From the NCBI GenBank assembly GCA_965655095.1, contig OZ296655.1, positions 31,310,001 through 31,374,000 of the forward strand: a DNA stretch of 64,000 nt, written 5' to 3'. The stretch is from Haplodiscus bocki (Eukaryota). The notes beneath the pieces are model-generated. The model saw only the letters and a list, made by a program, of their open reading frames with translations, was not told where the DNA came from and searched no databases. The position numbers and the translations under genes are program-made. Below are positions 26,401 to 35,979 of this stretch, piece by piece (within the stretch, counting starts at the first letter, position 1; each line of letters opens with the position of its first letter).

Positions 26401-27551
26401 TTTTGTCCATTAGTCGGTGCTTTCGTATAAAAAGCCGAATTCTTGTAATAACTCTCAAATTTATTTGAGATCACGAGTTTTCCACTTTTTTTCCTGGTGT
26501 TGTATTTTACAGCATACCAGTAGTCAAAAACAAGCACAGGTCACAGACACGTTCTCAAAAACAACAAAATGGTCCTCCCCCTACGAAGTTTCTCGGTAAT
26601 TTGACATAAAACATAAGCATCACGGATCTTAGTCATTGGGCGCCAAGAATTTAGAACTGTGAAACAAAAATTGGAATTTTCAATTTATGACACCGATACC
26701 CGGAGAAAGAACATGAATTGAGGGAATCCAGCAAAAATTCCCCTTGCGTCCATCATTCAAATTGCCGAAAATTTTGGAGCGTAGCAAATTTGAAAATTTT
26801 CGTCGCTTTGAATAGTTTGCACATTTCGGCACTTTCGAGACTCAACATTTTCGACGCACGCGATGAATGGTAACCATTTTAAAAAAGCTGAAAATAGGAT
26901 GCAAATTCAAATTTGAATATCAATTAGCACAAGTGCTTGAAATGGACAGAAAAAAAAGCAAAATGTGGCGTCCGCTTTTGCTTGGGGAAGCGAAGAGTAA
27001 ATAAAAATAATGAGAGTACATAAGATTTGTACTTCACTTTACCGCTCAGCCACGCTCTATCACGGCGCGTTTGCGAAATGCGAAGAAAAAACAGTCACCC
27101 AAGGCGGATAAGATTTCAGAAAATTTTGGGATAACCATAAAATCTCCCTTCACCTTTATTCCGTTTTCCCACCAATTGAGACGAATGGATTGGAAATGTC
27201 CCGGGGTATACACTTTTAGGAATGTCCCGGGCTTTATACGAACTCGACAGAAGGGCTCCGCCATTTTGGATCTGTTCACCGCTTGTTTAGAATTAGATGA
27301 CACTAACCAGTTGACAACTGTTTCAATTTCTTTGCTTCCAGTCGCTTTGAGTCCAGCCTGGCTGAAAACAAACCCATTATAACCCACTTCTGGAGACTGT
27401 TTTGACAATCTGCCCAATAAAGACAGAAGCATATTGAGCAGCATTATTTGTTCAATGAAAAAGTTTTACAACTAATTGACAAAGTGATTGGCTATACTAA
27501 CATTTGTTCGTTAGTGAACCCCATGTCCACGAGGGCCGCCGCCATTGCCAT
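8497..27551 (-). CDS. UBXN1: UBX domain-containing protein 1 (UBA - C2H2 - coiled coil - UBX), 7 exons: 27551-27502, 27361-27308, 26128-25811, 10437-10318, 10193-10122, 9619-9421, 8724-8497
   Basis: All junctions are GT-AG and in phase. UBA LVDMGF...ATGSKEIETVVNWI; zinc finger LKCEDCGRLLRS...HAAKTSHSNFSES; coiled coil EERRREKEADRIAREKVKAEIARDR; UBX TRIQIRF...LMTSFPKKVF...LGLVPSAVL. An alternative upstream ATG exists at 27569. Confidence 0.92.
9033..9184. repeat. Short degenerate tandem repeat (3 units, core TTTATGGCGGA...CGAG)
   Basis: tttatggcgga recurs at ~9039, ~9090 and ~9148, within a UBXN1 intron. Confidence 0.6.
9801..10082 (-). mobile_element. HINE-like family A copy in a UBXN1 intron
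   Basis: Subterminal IR ACACTTGCGCA...TGCGCAAGTGT. tRNA-like GCAGTCAGTAGAGC...GGTTCGAGCC at ~9912-9980. Confidence 0.6.
10594..10708 (+). repeat. E1 left terminal inverted repeat
   Basis: Reverse complement of 25125-25234 with ~7 substitutions and a G13 vs G8 tract. Confidence 0.95.
12559..12626 (+). other. Spliceosomal intron 1 in E1 pPolB (68 nt, phase 1)
   Basis: GTAAGT donor, CTAAT branch-like site, TTTTTTTAG acceptor. Removal joins YGAVLVKSK to TNKVQFESFYRGPDC in frame. Confidence 0.88.
14984..15069 (+). other. Spliceosomal intron 2 in E1 pPolB (86 nt, phase 1)
   Basis: GTATGT donor and poly-T GTAG acceptor. Joins AYGHVQLNQFR to EVPSFENDCADDD in frame. Confidence 0.75.
15331..15403 (+). 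other. Spliceosomal intron 3 in the E1 pPolB tail (donor at 15331, or 15335 if one frameshift is allowed)
   Basis: GTTGGT...CCGCAG joins SKF|SPIDPGF, co-linear with E2 SSF|SGPGPGY. Confidence 0.6.
15757..16440 (-). CDS. E1 adenain-like cysteine protease (ORF still open)
   Basis: Catalytic pattern HW (RHWILL), VWDCMG, Q...CG (IQTPTSNLCGLHC). Homologous to E2 33965-34594. Confidence 0.88.
   Translation of the reverse strand: MDNITLDAMARDYCPALWTKLGGVWSADHFHLEISSGGNRNNHPNLCDMIFQFQTVNSARSIDMGRHWILLIVAAVPMKTTKNNDQYPQQEGFVGYKYIKHKSVVLVWDCMGMPTRQYTHFFKRLKFFGSQMLEVYQIGSPIQTPTSNLCGLHCLYMALYLIENNVLQHFISFTSSSHKSISVMEEGEEIDYLTLNTLLQPLRQIHEVDVVSFFTTHCKLELKYKLI
16433..17787 (-). pseudogene. E1 double jelly-roll major capsid protein (PY/hexon-like), frameshifted
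   Basis: SALDFFERP, IDLNRICL, NNLLHSLFSHVELFLNGKLIS, RFLLPGV, VFDL. Closely similar to the E2 MCP. Confidence 0.88.
17888..18457 (-). CDS. E1 basic Gly/Arg/Lys-rich core-like protein
   Basis: QFGSGGGIGAFAMRMGRVAMPLVKK amphipathic motif, located between penton and MCP as in Polintons. Very basic C-terminus. Homolog in E2. Confidence 0.7.
   Translation of the reverse strand: MDSHYDNQILQLSSMRGGGGARVYGGPARQFGSGGGIGAFAMRMGRVAMPLVKKYVVPVAKELGKKFFTSIVPELVSSTSASRKRPRTVLKESFKKSVNKTLTNMTASPAAGGRGTGRGERPGRLRGGGRTTGLRAAQVHAKGSGFGRRGRVGGGQAKSPAAANDVVISRRNTAKRSRADILSTINFDN
18661..19668 (-). pseudogene. E1 minor capsid protein (penton), disrupted
   Basis: LVSNASMSTFPDNTLANFTTLLP...GDWEVAIVE N-terminus; IYCDLVQ...LLKAI...LRNETGQLVPF...VTLQFRK C-terminus. 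Confidence 0.85.
19716..20994 (-). pseudogene. E1 retroviral-type (rve/c-int) integrase with N-terminal PHD finger; disrupted
   Basis: PHD CGNC...WCHVCGWVHFSC...CTKC, then WSDDLADM, YLFVAVDT*SRF, WV(V)KGREF (second catalytic Asp mutated), AERTIR, GKFYEPEL. Two in-frame stops and a frameshift. Confidence 0.92.
21067..21732 (-). CDS. E1 conserved Polinton hypothetical protein
   Basis: Homologous to E2 38929-39387 (VERARQIL, NSGRL, FLxDLQ, ANxxAK, C-terminal KWxxxY). Confidence 0.7.
   Translation of the reverse strand: MATKQHIQNNVLTASPHNQCTSLVQQQQSSPTHLKPSQNGSILDFHLKTNENIAAGTSAAVAQLNLQTRFEANKKKRAELKDTPPFSFSSSNEHNDCADRARNISAEVILELLPCGLSAGEVERARQILRKIQGSDSVTLDSNSGRLHLYHRDTGLTIFAFLSDLQVPTKRLSEGCLDLVRQLRVPEYLIANANAKQVANDMKRSAPDENTTDQYKWFKMY
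21779..22111 (-). CDS. E1 small basic Polinton protein downstream of the ATPase
   Basis: IKFFCDCICNVVHGLVKM...KRRLL. Homologous to E2 39532-39837. Confidence 0.7.
   Translation of the reverse strand: MSLRDYYVLHLFHSFKPIVKKSLLSYCPNNDIKFFCDCICNVVHGLVKMDSSVTKKKLDRNKRQIERLYRRGIKIALKRRLLLSDEGLKLLALIQPSISNHLKKHHELKQ
22080..22764 (-). pseudogene. E1 A32/FtsK-like packaging ATPase, frameshifted
   Basis: Walker A GPTGCGKT, Walker B-like MVVIND, RRHRN, PYGHLLIDL. Confidence 0.9.
22774..23118 (-). CDS. E1 small predicted two-TM membrane protein
   Basis: Acidic N-terminus, CGCCC, and two hydrophobic helices (FAVILFCIGYLIL; GVLAILSASVGCII) ending in PP. Located upstream of the ATPase. Confidence 0.65.
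   Translation of the reverse strand: MTNDGDSSIVSESTIQDTTLDLADGPNVRELIFDDTNIEKPPFVIDCGCCCTKQLLCDRAFTFLLLHYSTIFAVILFCIGYLILAPANTSTSSGVLAILSASVGCIIRPPSTSQ
23150..23690 (-). pseudogene. E1 conserved hypothetical Gly-rich/hydrophobic protein, frameshifted (boundaries approximate)
   Basis: KNAFLAVCYSL...GGLIGSGNS...FHDAFGFMKRNYEVG...KPIF...LGHL is shared with E2 ~40440-40900. Confidence 0.65.
23742..24619 (-). pseudogene. E1 terminal ORF with HUH-like motif and CxCxxC
   Basis: MTSVFREV...YTVRKH...DHYHILLH / SFVGAE...WEF...FKDSVIDF...DLGYSNAQCQCFEC. One frameshift and one stop. Co-linear with E2 41782-40950. Confidence 0.7.
25125..25234 (-). repeat. E1 right terminal inverted repeat
   Basis: Matches the left TIR and is followed directly by the TSD TTTGTG. 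Confidence 0.95.
26790..27030. repeat. Dispersed repeat also present at ~41885-42070
   Basis: Shared blocks cgctttgaatagtttgc, cacaagt(g/a)cttgaaatg and gcttgggg(g)aagcga. Confidence 0.7.
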
Positions 27552-27708
27552 TTTCTGAAATTTCGACATTTACGGAAAATATGATCCAGTGTTTCATTGT
27601 TGAATTTGAAAGCTTTTTAACCGTTCTAGTTGATCTATTTTGGGAGAAACATTTTTTTTAATAAACCATTGAAAAACCATTCAATCTCATTTGAATATGG
27701 GCACCCAA

Positions 27709-27743
27709 AAACTTCCCACCATGGGTCCAAACTTCCCACAATG
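27709..27743. promoter_or_regulatory. Tandem AAACTTCCCAC(C/A)ATG motifs upstream of UBXN1
   Basis: Two direct copies 160-190 bp upstream of the ATG. They resemble the ZNF143/Staf element; this is resemblance only. Confidence 0.25.
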
Positions 27744-30730
27744 TTTAAACGCTGAGGCACAGACGTCGTACGCAAACAAAAAATAAACTTCAAATTTTGC
27801 GAATGGCCAATATTTCAATCAAACATCAGCTCACAGTTGAGAATTGAAATGGTTACACATCAACGAACATTTAAAAGACATTTAAAGCTATGATCGGAGA
27901 TGTGATTGACACTTTTAGAAATACTACACCAGCTGTCAATCAAAAAGTTTGTTCGAAAAAGTCTTATTTCAAGACAAGAATCAGTCACAGTGTCTGATAA
28001 TCGAAAAGTTGATCTGCCAATCTTTTTGTAGATTCGTCATTTTGCTACCCAGTGTTTAAAACCACCAACATGGTAAACAACGCGACAATGAATAACACTA
28101 TAAGTCCTAAAAAGTTGATGAAAACATTTCGAGCTCTCAAAACGCTAATATTAGTCAACAAGACGTCAAAACTGCTTCAAAAATTCTTATCTCACTTGTC
28201 AATCATGAGGATTTGTGAATCGAAAAGAAAGTTGCATAATTTCGGTCAAATGAGTGTAAACACAACTTTCATAACAGGAATCTAAATTGGTCATTTTCAC
28301 AATTAGGAATTCAGTGGTGTTAATTTTGATGACTGATAGACGGTAAGTGCGGACTTGAAAAAAGTTCCGATGAACTGGTTTACTAACATCAACCATTCTC
28401 AGAACTCAGAAAATTTTTATATGTGACGTTTTTTTGGGGACACCTAATACACTGCCCACGCTGTCTCATTCAAAACATTGTTATGTGAATCACCTTTCAG
28501 AACGCTGTTGTTCATTTCTAGACCAATGTTCAAAAATCTGCACATTTCAGAACGCCAAAATAAACAAGAACCAGCCAAGATGTTTCAAAAAAGGTCGTTT
28601 TTGACCGCTTACACTAATGACTAGACTCTCCGATGACGTCACAAAATGCAGGTTTTAGACAAGATTAAAAAAAAACTATATACGTAGTATTGTAAGCGGG
28701 GGGGGGTGTTTAAATGCATTTTTGATTCCTTTGCAGTTTTTGCACAATTATGAAGGTTTTGCCTAACATTGACCAAAAAAATTAGTTTGACAGCTTACTG
28801 ATAGGTGAAGCCACCAAACTCGAACCCAAAATAGAATTGACATCTTGCTGTCAAGAGATTATACGATGATACCAATTCCGTACAATTCATCTAAACCCGT
28901 CACGAAAACTAACAAAAATGACACCATAGGCCTAATTCCATAGATAATATAAAACGCATTGAACGACCGTACTGTATTCTCGTACTAAAACTTTACCAAA
29001 TAAATTCGAACTTTAAGAATTCAATTATAATGTCCAAATATTAAATACCTCAGCTGAATATCTTATTCGGAAATCTAAAAATGACTGTTACCCAGAGGGA
29101 ACCAAAAACCTCAAAAAAATTTTTCGAAATAAAAATGTCCAGAGGGTTTTCCTTTTTTTAATTTATATTTTTTGTTGATTTATTTTTTGAAATCATGAAA
29201 CGTGGTTTAAGGATTTCTGTCGTGTGTCAAAAATAATGTCGAAAAGATTTAGATGTTCAGGGAAATCCTCTCTCCTATCAATAGCTTGGTTCGACTATCA
29301 TGTTATCAAGTGAGACTTGTGGCAAGATTTTCAAAACTCAGCGGTTCCTGAATAATCATCTCAGAACCAAACATAAGCAGAATATAATCGAAACAGCTGT
29401 CTCCGATCAGTGTGGAAAAAGCGCTATCCAATTCAACAAAAGTTATAATCTTCTCAAACATTTGAAAAATCAACACGAATCGCCGAACGTTCACAGGTGT
29501 TTTTTCTGCCCTAAATTCTTTGCAACGGAAAAGTCTCTCTATGACCATGAGGTAGCCGAACATAGACTGCCTGAGAAGAATGTCCCTCGGAAACGAACCG
29601 GGAATCCCGCTCAAGTCGAAGCTACAACTGTGGCTGTGAATGAGATTCAAAACGCATTGTTAGAAGTTATCCAAGGAAGAAATTTCTATCATTGATCCGT
29701 TCAGTTATTTAGTTATGCACCAACAGAGCATAATGGATTTCATCGATACCGAACTTCAAAAAGTAGCCAATATGAAAATTGGCCTTACTACTGCCGTCGA
29801 GCTCGTGAAACCATTGAACAATGATAGAGTTACGGCATTCTTCAATTCTTTCCTCGCTAGAATTGCCAACAACATCACAGATGAAAACCTTGACCGCGCA
29901 GATCAACTAATTTCGAGGCTCAATGTCTTTGCTTCTTGTGGCTCTGGATGGGTGACACAAAGCCTACAATCTGTGGAAGTGAAAACAGCAACTTGCCAAA
30001 CACTCAACGGCTCGTCTTACATAGAAACGCCTAATATATTGAAAGGTCTTTCGAAAAGTCTTTTGAACGTCAAAAACAAGAACGACCACTTCTGTTTTTT
30101 ATATTGTGTTGCAGCCGCATTATTTGCTTTCACCGGTCGCGCCTTCTCTCCGAAATCTCATAAGGAAAATGTGAAGCAGCTGAAATTCAAATCAAGTCGA
30201 ATGCCGATGACCTCATCCAGTATACAGCCATTCGAGAAAAGCAACAATGTCTCTATTAATATATATCAACTGGAGAATGGGAAATTGGTGGCTGTGTTTT
30301 ACAGCAAGAACAAAAACTCAAAGCGTCGCGTCAATTTACTTCGCCTGGTCAGTGGTTCCAAAACGCATTACTGTCTCATCAAAAACTTCTCGAATTTGCT
30401 TCAGAGGCTGATTCGATCAGAGAAGAAACGAAGAACTGGCTCCAAGTCGAGGCTCTGTCCAAACTGTTTCCAGTCAATAATAAAGAGAAACTACATGAAT
30501 CACATAAAATTTTGTGAGTCAAATGCTCCGCTTGAAACTCGAATGCCTATTTCTTCGCCGACTATCGAATTTGTGAATTGGCAGAAAACTCAAAAAGTTC
30601 CCTTTATTGTGTAGCGGATCTCGAAGCAATCGATGTCCGTTCTGTGGATGCGCGGAGAATTGGTTCCTACACAAAAGAAATTGAAAGACACTATACTGCA
30701 GTTTCGGTGCCATCCTCGTGGACAAAAGAA

Positions 30731-30855
30731 GTTAGTTTTCTTGCACGCTTGTTAAAAACCCAAACATGAAACTACCTCATCTGTCTAACAATATACCCGC
30801 GTTTTCCAGGTAACAATTTTTGCTTTTTGAGGAATTAACCACTTTTTCTGTTTAG
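30731..30855 (+). other. Spliceosomal intron 1 in E2 pPolB (125 nt, phase 1)
   Basis: GTTAGT donor (also used by host UBXN1 introns) and TTTTTCTGTTTAG acceptor. Joins FGAILVDKR to SNAVVKEQIYKGEDC at the same codon position as E1 intron 1. Confidence 0.88.
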
Positions 30856-33217
30856 GTAACGCTGTGGTCAAAGAGCAGATCTACAAAGGCGAAGACTGTA
30901 TTAGTTGTCTAATGGATTTACTCCGCTCTTGGTTAGCTTGGTGTTATACTGAAAAACGAAAGATCAATCAACTGAAATTTTCTACGGACGACAGAAACAT
31001 TCTGATGGAAAGAGATGAAAATGTTTGCTGTTTATGTGGGAAAAATTGTTGAGCACAACCTTAGAGTAATCCATCATTGTCACTTAACTGGCGAAAATAT
31101 TGGGGTTGCCCTTTCTAAATGCAACCTTCGTGCCAAGACAACGCGATTCTTGCCGGTTTTCTTCCACAATTTGTCGCGATATGACGCTCATCATATTATA
31201 AAATGTTTGAAACTCAACGATGGAGAAAAGCATTCAGCCATTGCAAAAAATGATGAAACCTATATTTCTTTTTCTTTGGATAAACCGATGGAACGTTTCG
31301 AAAGCAAACTTGGACAAAACGTTGTGCTTTATCATTCACTGCGGTTTTTGGACAGCTTCCAGTTTATGTCGCAAATTTTGAACTCGCTAGCAAAAACCGT
31401 CGACAAAAATGATTTCAAGTTGCCTAGAGCTGGCTTTCCAAACATCGGAGATGATCTTTTCCAGATGCTGACTAGGAAAGGCTTTTTCCCGTACAACTAT
31501 CTCGACTCTTTTGAGAAGGTTAATGAGCCCTTTCCATCTCATGGGCCTTGGTGGTACAACACTTTAACAAAAGCGATTGAAATCACAAGAGAACAGAATA
31601 ACTTTGCCTTGGAAGTTTATAACGCCTTCAATTGTAAAAACATACAATACCATGATATCTACCTATGGACTGATGTGTTTCTTCTTGGTGACATTTTCCA
31701 GAAGTTCAGAGAGGTCTGTATGCAAGTGTACAAGTTGGATCCAGCACACTTTTACTCAGCGCCCAGCCTAAGTTGGGATGCAATGCTTATTACTACTGGT
31801 GTGAAATTGGAACTTTTGCAGGACATTGACCAGCTTTTGTTCTTTGACAAAGGAATTCGCGGTGGAATAAATGGTTTGGGTGCTCGTCGTCAGTTTGAAG
31901 CAAATAACAAGTATCTTGAAAAATTCAATTCAAAAGAGGAGTCTACTTTTGGTGCTTTTTTTGACGTAACATCACTTTATGCTGGGACAATGCAAAAGGA
32001 AATGCCTGTTAGAGGATATCAACGGTGCACTGAAGTCAGTCTGGCGCAAATTCTTGCCACACCCTCGGACTCTAGCTTTGGCTACTTTGTTGAAGTGGAC
32101 CTTGCGTATCCGCCAGCAATTCACGACATCCATAATGATCTTCCATTGGCACCCGAAAAGATGAAAATTCCGACAGAATGGAGATCTGATTATGCCTAAT
32201 CCTTCGGGTTAAATGTTGGTTCAACGACTGAAAAGCTTGTGGAAACTCTGCTAGGCAAGCATCACTACGTTTGTCATTACGAAAACTTGAAATTTTATGT
32301 ACATCATGGATTAGACGTCACGAAACTCCATCGGGTAGTAAAACTCCAGCAATCAAAATGGCTTGGAGCCTACATATCAAAAAACACCATAATGCGTAAG
32401 CAAGCTTCTAATGATTTCGAGAAAAACTTCTACAAATTGATGTCGAACGCTTGTTTGGCGAGACAATGGAGAATTTACGTAGACGTGGTATGCTGCGATT
32501 CGTTACAACCGAAGCGCAAGCTGAAGCCTTCATCCAACGAGCTACGTTCAAAAACTTCAAAATTATCAGCAAAGATCTTGTATCTGTTTCCCTTCGGGTT
32601 TCCTCGGTAGTTTGGAGCAAACCAACGCCAGTGGGTGCAACTATTTTGGATCTCTCGAAATTCTCCTTGTACAAGTTTCATTACGAAGAGATGCTTCCTC
32701 GTTATGGATCAGATCGTTTGAAAATAATTTATAAAGACACTGACTCCTTACTCTATAGAATAAAAACTGCCGATTTATATGAAGACATATCAACTTTCAA
32801 GCATCTCCTCGACCTTTCGGATTATCCGGAAGACCACTTCCTTCACGACAAAACAAACAAGAAAGTACCACTCACGATGACTGATGAGCTTAATGGAAAA
32901 GTCTCGAAGGAAGTAGTTTGCCCAAGACCGAAACTATATAACATTGATTATCTGGGTGGAACTAAACAAAGCGCTAAGGGTGTTCAGAAATCCGTCAAAA
33001 AAACTTTACATCACAGTGTCTTCAAGAACTGGTTACTGTCAAAATCTGTTCTACGTAAAGAAATGATGCAACTAAGATCGGTTGGGCATCAAATTGTGGT
33101 CAATGCTGTGAACAAAGTTGCTCTCAGTTGTTTTGACGACAAACGCTACATCTTAGACGATACTGTGTCTTCTCTAGCCTACGGACATTACTCTCGGCAA
33201 TCCGAAGCGAATTTCCC

Positions 33218-33301
33218 GTAAATTACAAAATGACAAGGAAAATTCTCAGCACACATAAAATCAAGTCTAGACAAATGTGCGAACCGTTCTTTTTCGTTTA
33301 G
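33218..33301 (+). other. Probable intron 2 in E2 pPolB (needs a 1-nt indel to be in phase)
   Basis: GTAAAT...TTTTTCGTTTAG just after AYGH, followed by an acidic/Ser-rich exon as in E1. Confidence 0.5.
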
Positions 33302-33499
33302 TTGATATTGACTCTATTTCTGAATCCAGTTCGTCTGAGTTTAATGATGATGATGATGCTGGTGATGTTGATAGTGACAGTGTTATTTCTACAACAAGCG
33401 ATCGAGACAAGGAGGCTCAAACCAGTTCTAACGTTAGCAGTCTCTTTGTCCACATTGACGGACCCTTGGCAAAGGCATGGAAAGCTGCCAGTTCTTTTT

Positions 33500-33625
33500 G
33501 TGAGTAACTTCTAAACATTTTAAGAGGGCAAAACATCATTTTTACTCGACACATTTCTCTCTGGAGTGTTCAAAAATTGATTTCAAATGAAGGTTCATTT
33601 TCGGGTAAACTCTTTTCATTTTTAG
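33500..33625 (+). other. Spliceosomal intron 3 in the E2 pPolB tail (126 nt, phase 1)
   Basis: GTGAGT donor and CTTTTCATTTTTAG acceptor. Joins AASSF|SGPGPGY in frame. Confidence 0.72.
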
Positions 33626-33964
33626 CCGGCCCTGGCCCTGGATACTATCTCAATGAACAAAATGACCTTGGTTCTGACGAAGAAGCTCAATGTGTCGATT
33701 TTGTCTCACTGACGATGAAACGAGTCCAGCATCTAAAAGGCTTCCTATCTGCCCCTTCATTGATTATGAGGCTGAGGAGAAATTCTCATGAAAGCGATGA
33801 CAGTGAAGTCGCAGTGTCCTGTCGGAAAAAAAAGCAGACGCTCTAAAAATCAATTTCAATAGAGCAATTAACCTCAACTTGCACAGTATTAGTCCAGTAG
33901 AGAAAACTAAAATCAATAACTTTGACACAAAAAGATTTGAAAGACTGGTGTGGGAATTCAAAAG

Positions 33965-34594
33965 CTATATTATTTTGTACAAAAGCTTTGTATTACAGTG
34001 GTCATTGCAAAATAAAACTAAATCCAAATCCTGTAAGTTTTTCAGCGGCTGTAATACAGAAAAAATAAAGGAATCAAAATTGCGAAAGCTGACTGATAAC
34101 TGTTGAAATTTTTGAATCAAATAATGCGCAATGTAGAGGCAATAAAGACCACAAGTGTTTGAATGTGGTGACTGGATTCGGAATCTGAAGTTTCGAAAAA
34201 TTTCAATGTTGGTTTTTATCGAAACTTTCAGCAATTGATCATAGAATAATTGATAGCGTTCTACAAGCTGGCACAAAGGATCCCATACACAGAAAAAGAA
34301 AGTTCCTTCCTCTTGGCTGTTGCTCTGCTGTTGTTGATCATACAATAGAAGCAGAAGAAGCCAATGCACCCCGAAAACTCTGCCTGGTGAAGTGTTTATA
34401 ATGGAATAGGATTGAACGTGTAAAACTGCATCGTTTACTTTCATCTCATTTTTTTGCTGCATTGTAACTTTGTGTCGGCGGCGGGGCAAGAAGTAGGTCA
34501 AACCAAAATTGTCGGCAGACCATACTCCAACAAATTTTGATCTCGAAGAAGCGCAACACGTTTGGGCTACTTCAGCAAGAGTTATGTTATCCAT
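33965..34594 (-). CDS. E2 adenain-like cysteine protease
   Basis: MDNITL...GVWSADNF...GVHWLLL...VWDP...IQSPHSNTCGLYCLY. Confidence 0.88.
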   Translation of the reverse strand: MDNITLAEVAQTCCASSRSKFVGVWSADNFGLTYFLPRRRHKVTMQQKNEMKVNDAVLHVQSYSIINTSPGRVFGVHWLLLLLLYDQQQQSNSQEEGTFFFCVWDPLCQLVERYQLFYDQLLKVSIKTNIEIFRNFRFRIQSPHSNTCGLYCLYIAHYLIQKFQQLSVSFRNFDSFIFSVLQPLKNLQDLDLVLFCNDHCNTKLLYKII

Positions 34595-35950
34595 TGATGA
34601 GGCTGTTTTTCGAAATGTTGCGCGTGCCGTCAATAAAGATTTGACTGAAGCGTTCACCGACAATGAATAGCTCTACCGGATGACTCAGTGCCTCTGCAAA
34701 GCTCAACTTCAATGTGATACCGGCGCCTGTGAGCTCTGGAAATAAGGTGAGAGCTTTGCCAGCTTCTCTTGACGAAGTCAAATCGAAAACTAAAACGTAG
34801 TGATTCGCTTCAAAATCGGCCATTTCGATTCCATTGCCACCTCTTGTGAAACCAAGAGCACAAATTATTTTGTAAAAGAGACGAGTGTTTTTGGTGGTGT
34901 CAATAGGTCTGCCAGCAATTGGAACGCCGTTGCCACGCTGAATTTCGATTTTGCTCAAATGAAATTTTTTGTATTGGAAAGGCGTGGATTCAATTGTTTG
35001 TTTCTGACCATACAAAGATCAATCTCCGCACAGGCTCGGTGCCGAAGGTATTTTCTTTAATAAGGCAATTTTGTCCAGCCTGAATGATGAAACTTTTGTG
35101 AGACTTTAAATAGATGGGTAAACAGCTGGGCTTTTTGTCAAAACTCTTTCGATGCTGACCTTGACAGCAAGACAAGACATTGTTGACAAACAGAGAGGCT
35201 CTTTCATTGACTAATGCGTACGGTATCTGGTCAACGCGCTTGATGTCTGCTGCCGCCCACGTACCCACGCTCTCGATTGCGCAAGTGTTTGGTGATCTGT
35301 AAAAGGGCAAATGGAGTGTAACACACGGCAACAAAAGCCGTTCACAATCCAAAAAATCTATATGTGAAGATTCCAAATCTATGTGGTGCTCCATACAGCT
35401 CGAGAATAAATTGTTCGCCCTTTCTGAACTCGTTCAGCTCTTTCTCTTTCACTTCCTGGTTTGCCTTGCCGTTTGCTCTGTACTTATAACCTGGGCACTG
35501 GACCCACGCAAGTTTACTAGCAATGCCTGTGGTCAATTCGGTTTCGATGAATGCTAAGTGGTTATAATTGTTATAGCTACTAGAAATCAATTTTCCGTTC
35601 GAGAACATCTCTGCATGTGAAAACAAACAATATAAAGTGTTGTTTGCAAACGTCAAGTCAACATCTGCTGGTTTGACTTTTTCTGTGCCATCAGGTTGAT
35701 AGAGGCACACTTCTATAGCCAAGCAAATGCGGTTCAAATCGATACAATTGCTGTTTCCGGCGGTTACAAAAAAATCCGATTGCGGTCCACGACAGCCTAT
35801 GTGGGGAAAAACTTCTTGATCGAAGGATCGCTCGTAATTAATCAAAACGCTTGGCCTTTGGAAAAAGTCAGGCGCACTGTGTGTCACCGGATTGGCAATT
35901 TCTGTTGATCGACTGAATAAAGCTGTTGCAATGTTGTTACTCGCTCCCAT
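34587..35950 (-). pseudogene. E2 major capsid protein, frameshifted
   Basis: STEIANPVT, CIDLNRICL, DFLDCERLLLP, VFDLTSSREA, GERFSQIFID...SLING. Confidence 0.88.
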
Positions 35951-35979
35951 TGTGGATGTTGCCGGAGCCTCTTTTCATC

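Larger units (their letters stand above)
29300..33846 (+). pseudogene. E2 protein-primed DNA polymerase B with three C2H2 fingers and a spliced acidic tail; disrupted
   Basis: GSGW, SYIETP, ADLEA, HHCHLTG, FHNLSRYDAH, KGFFPYNY, DVTSLY, KLMSNAC, YKDTDS, DDKRY...AYGH. Confidence 0.95.

Noticed and set aside
27046-27444. 132-aa ORF as a separate gene
   Set aside because: Only 27361-27308 is coding (UBXN1 exon 2); the rest is intron read-through.
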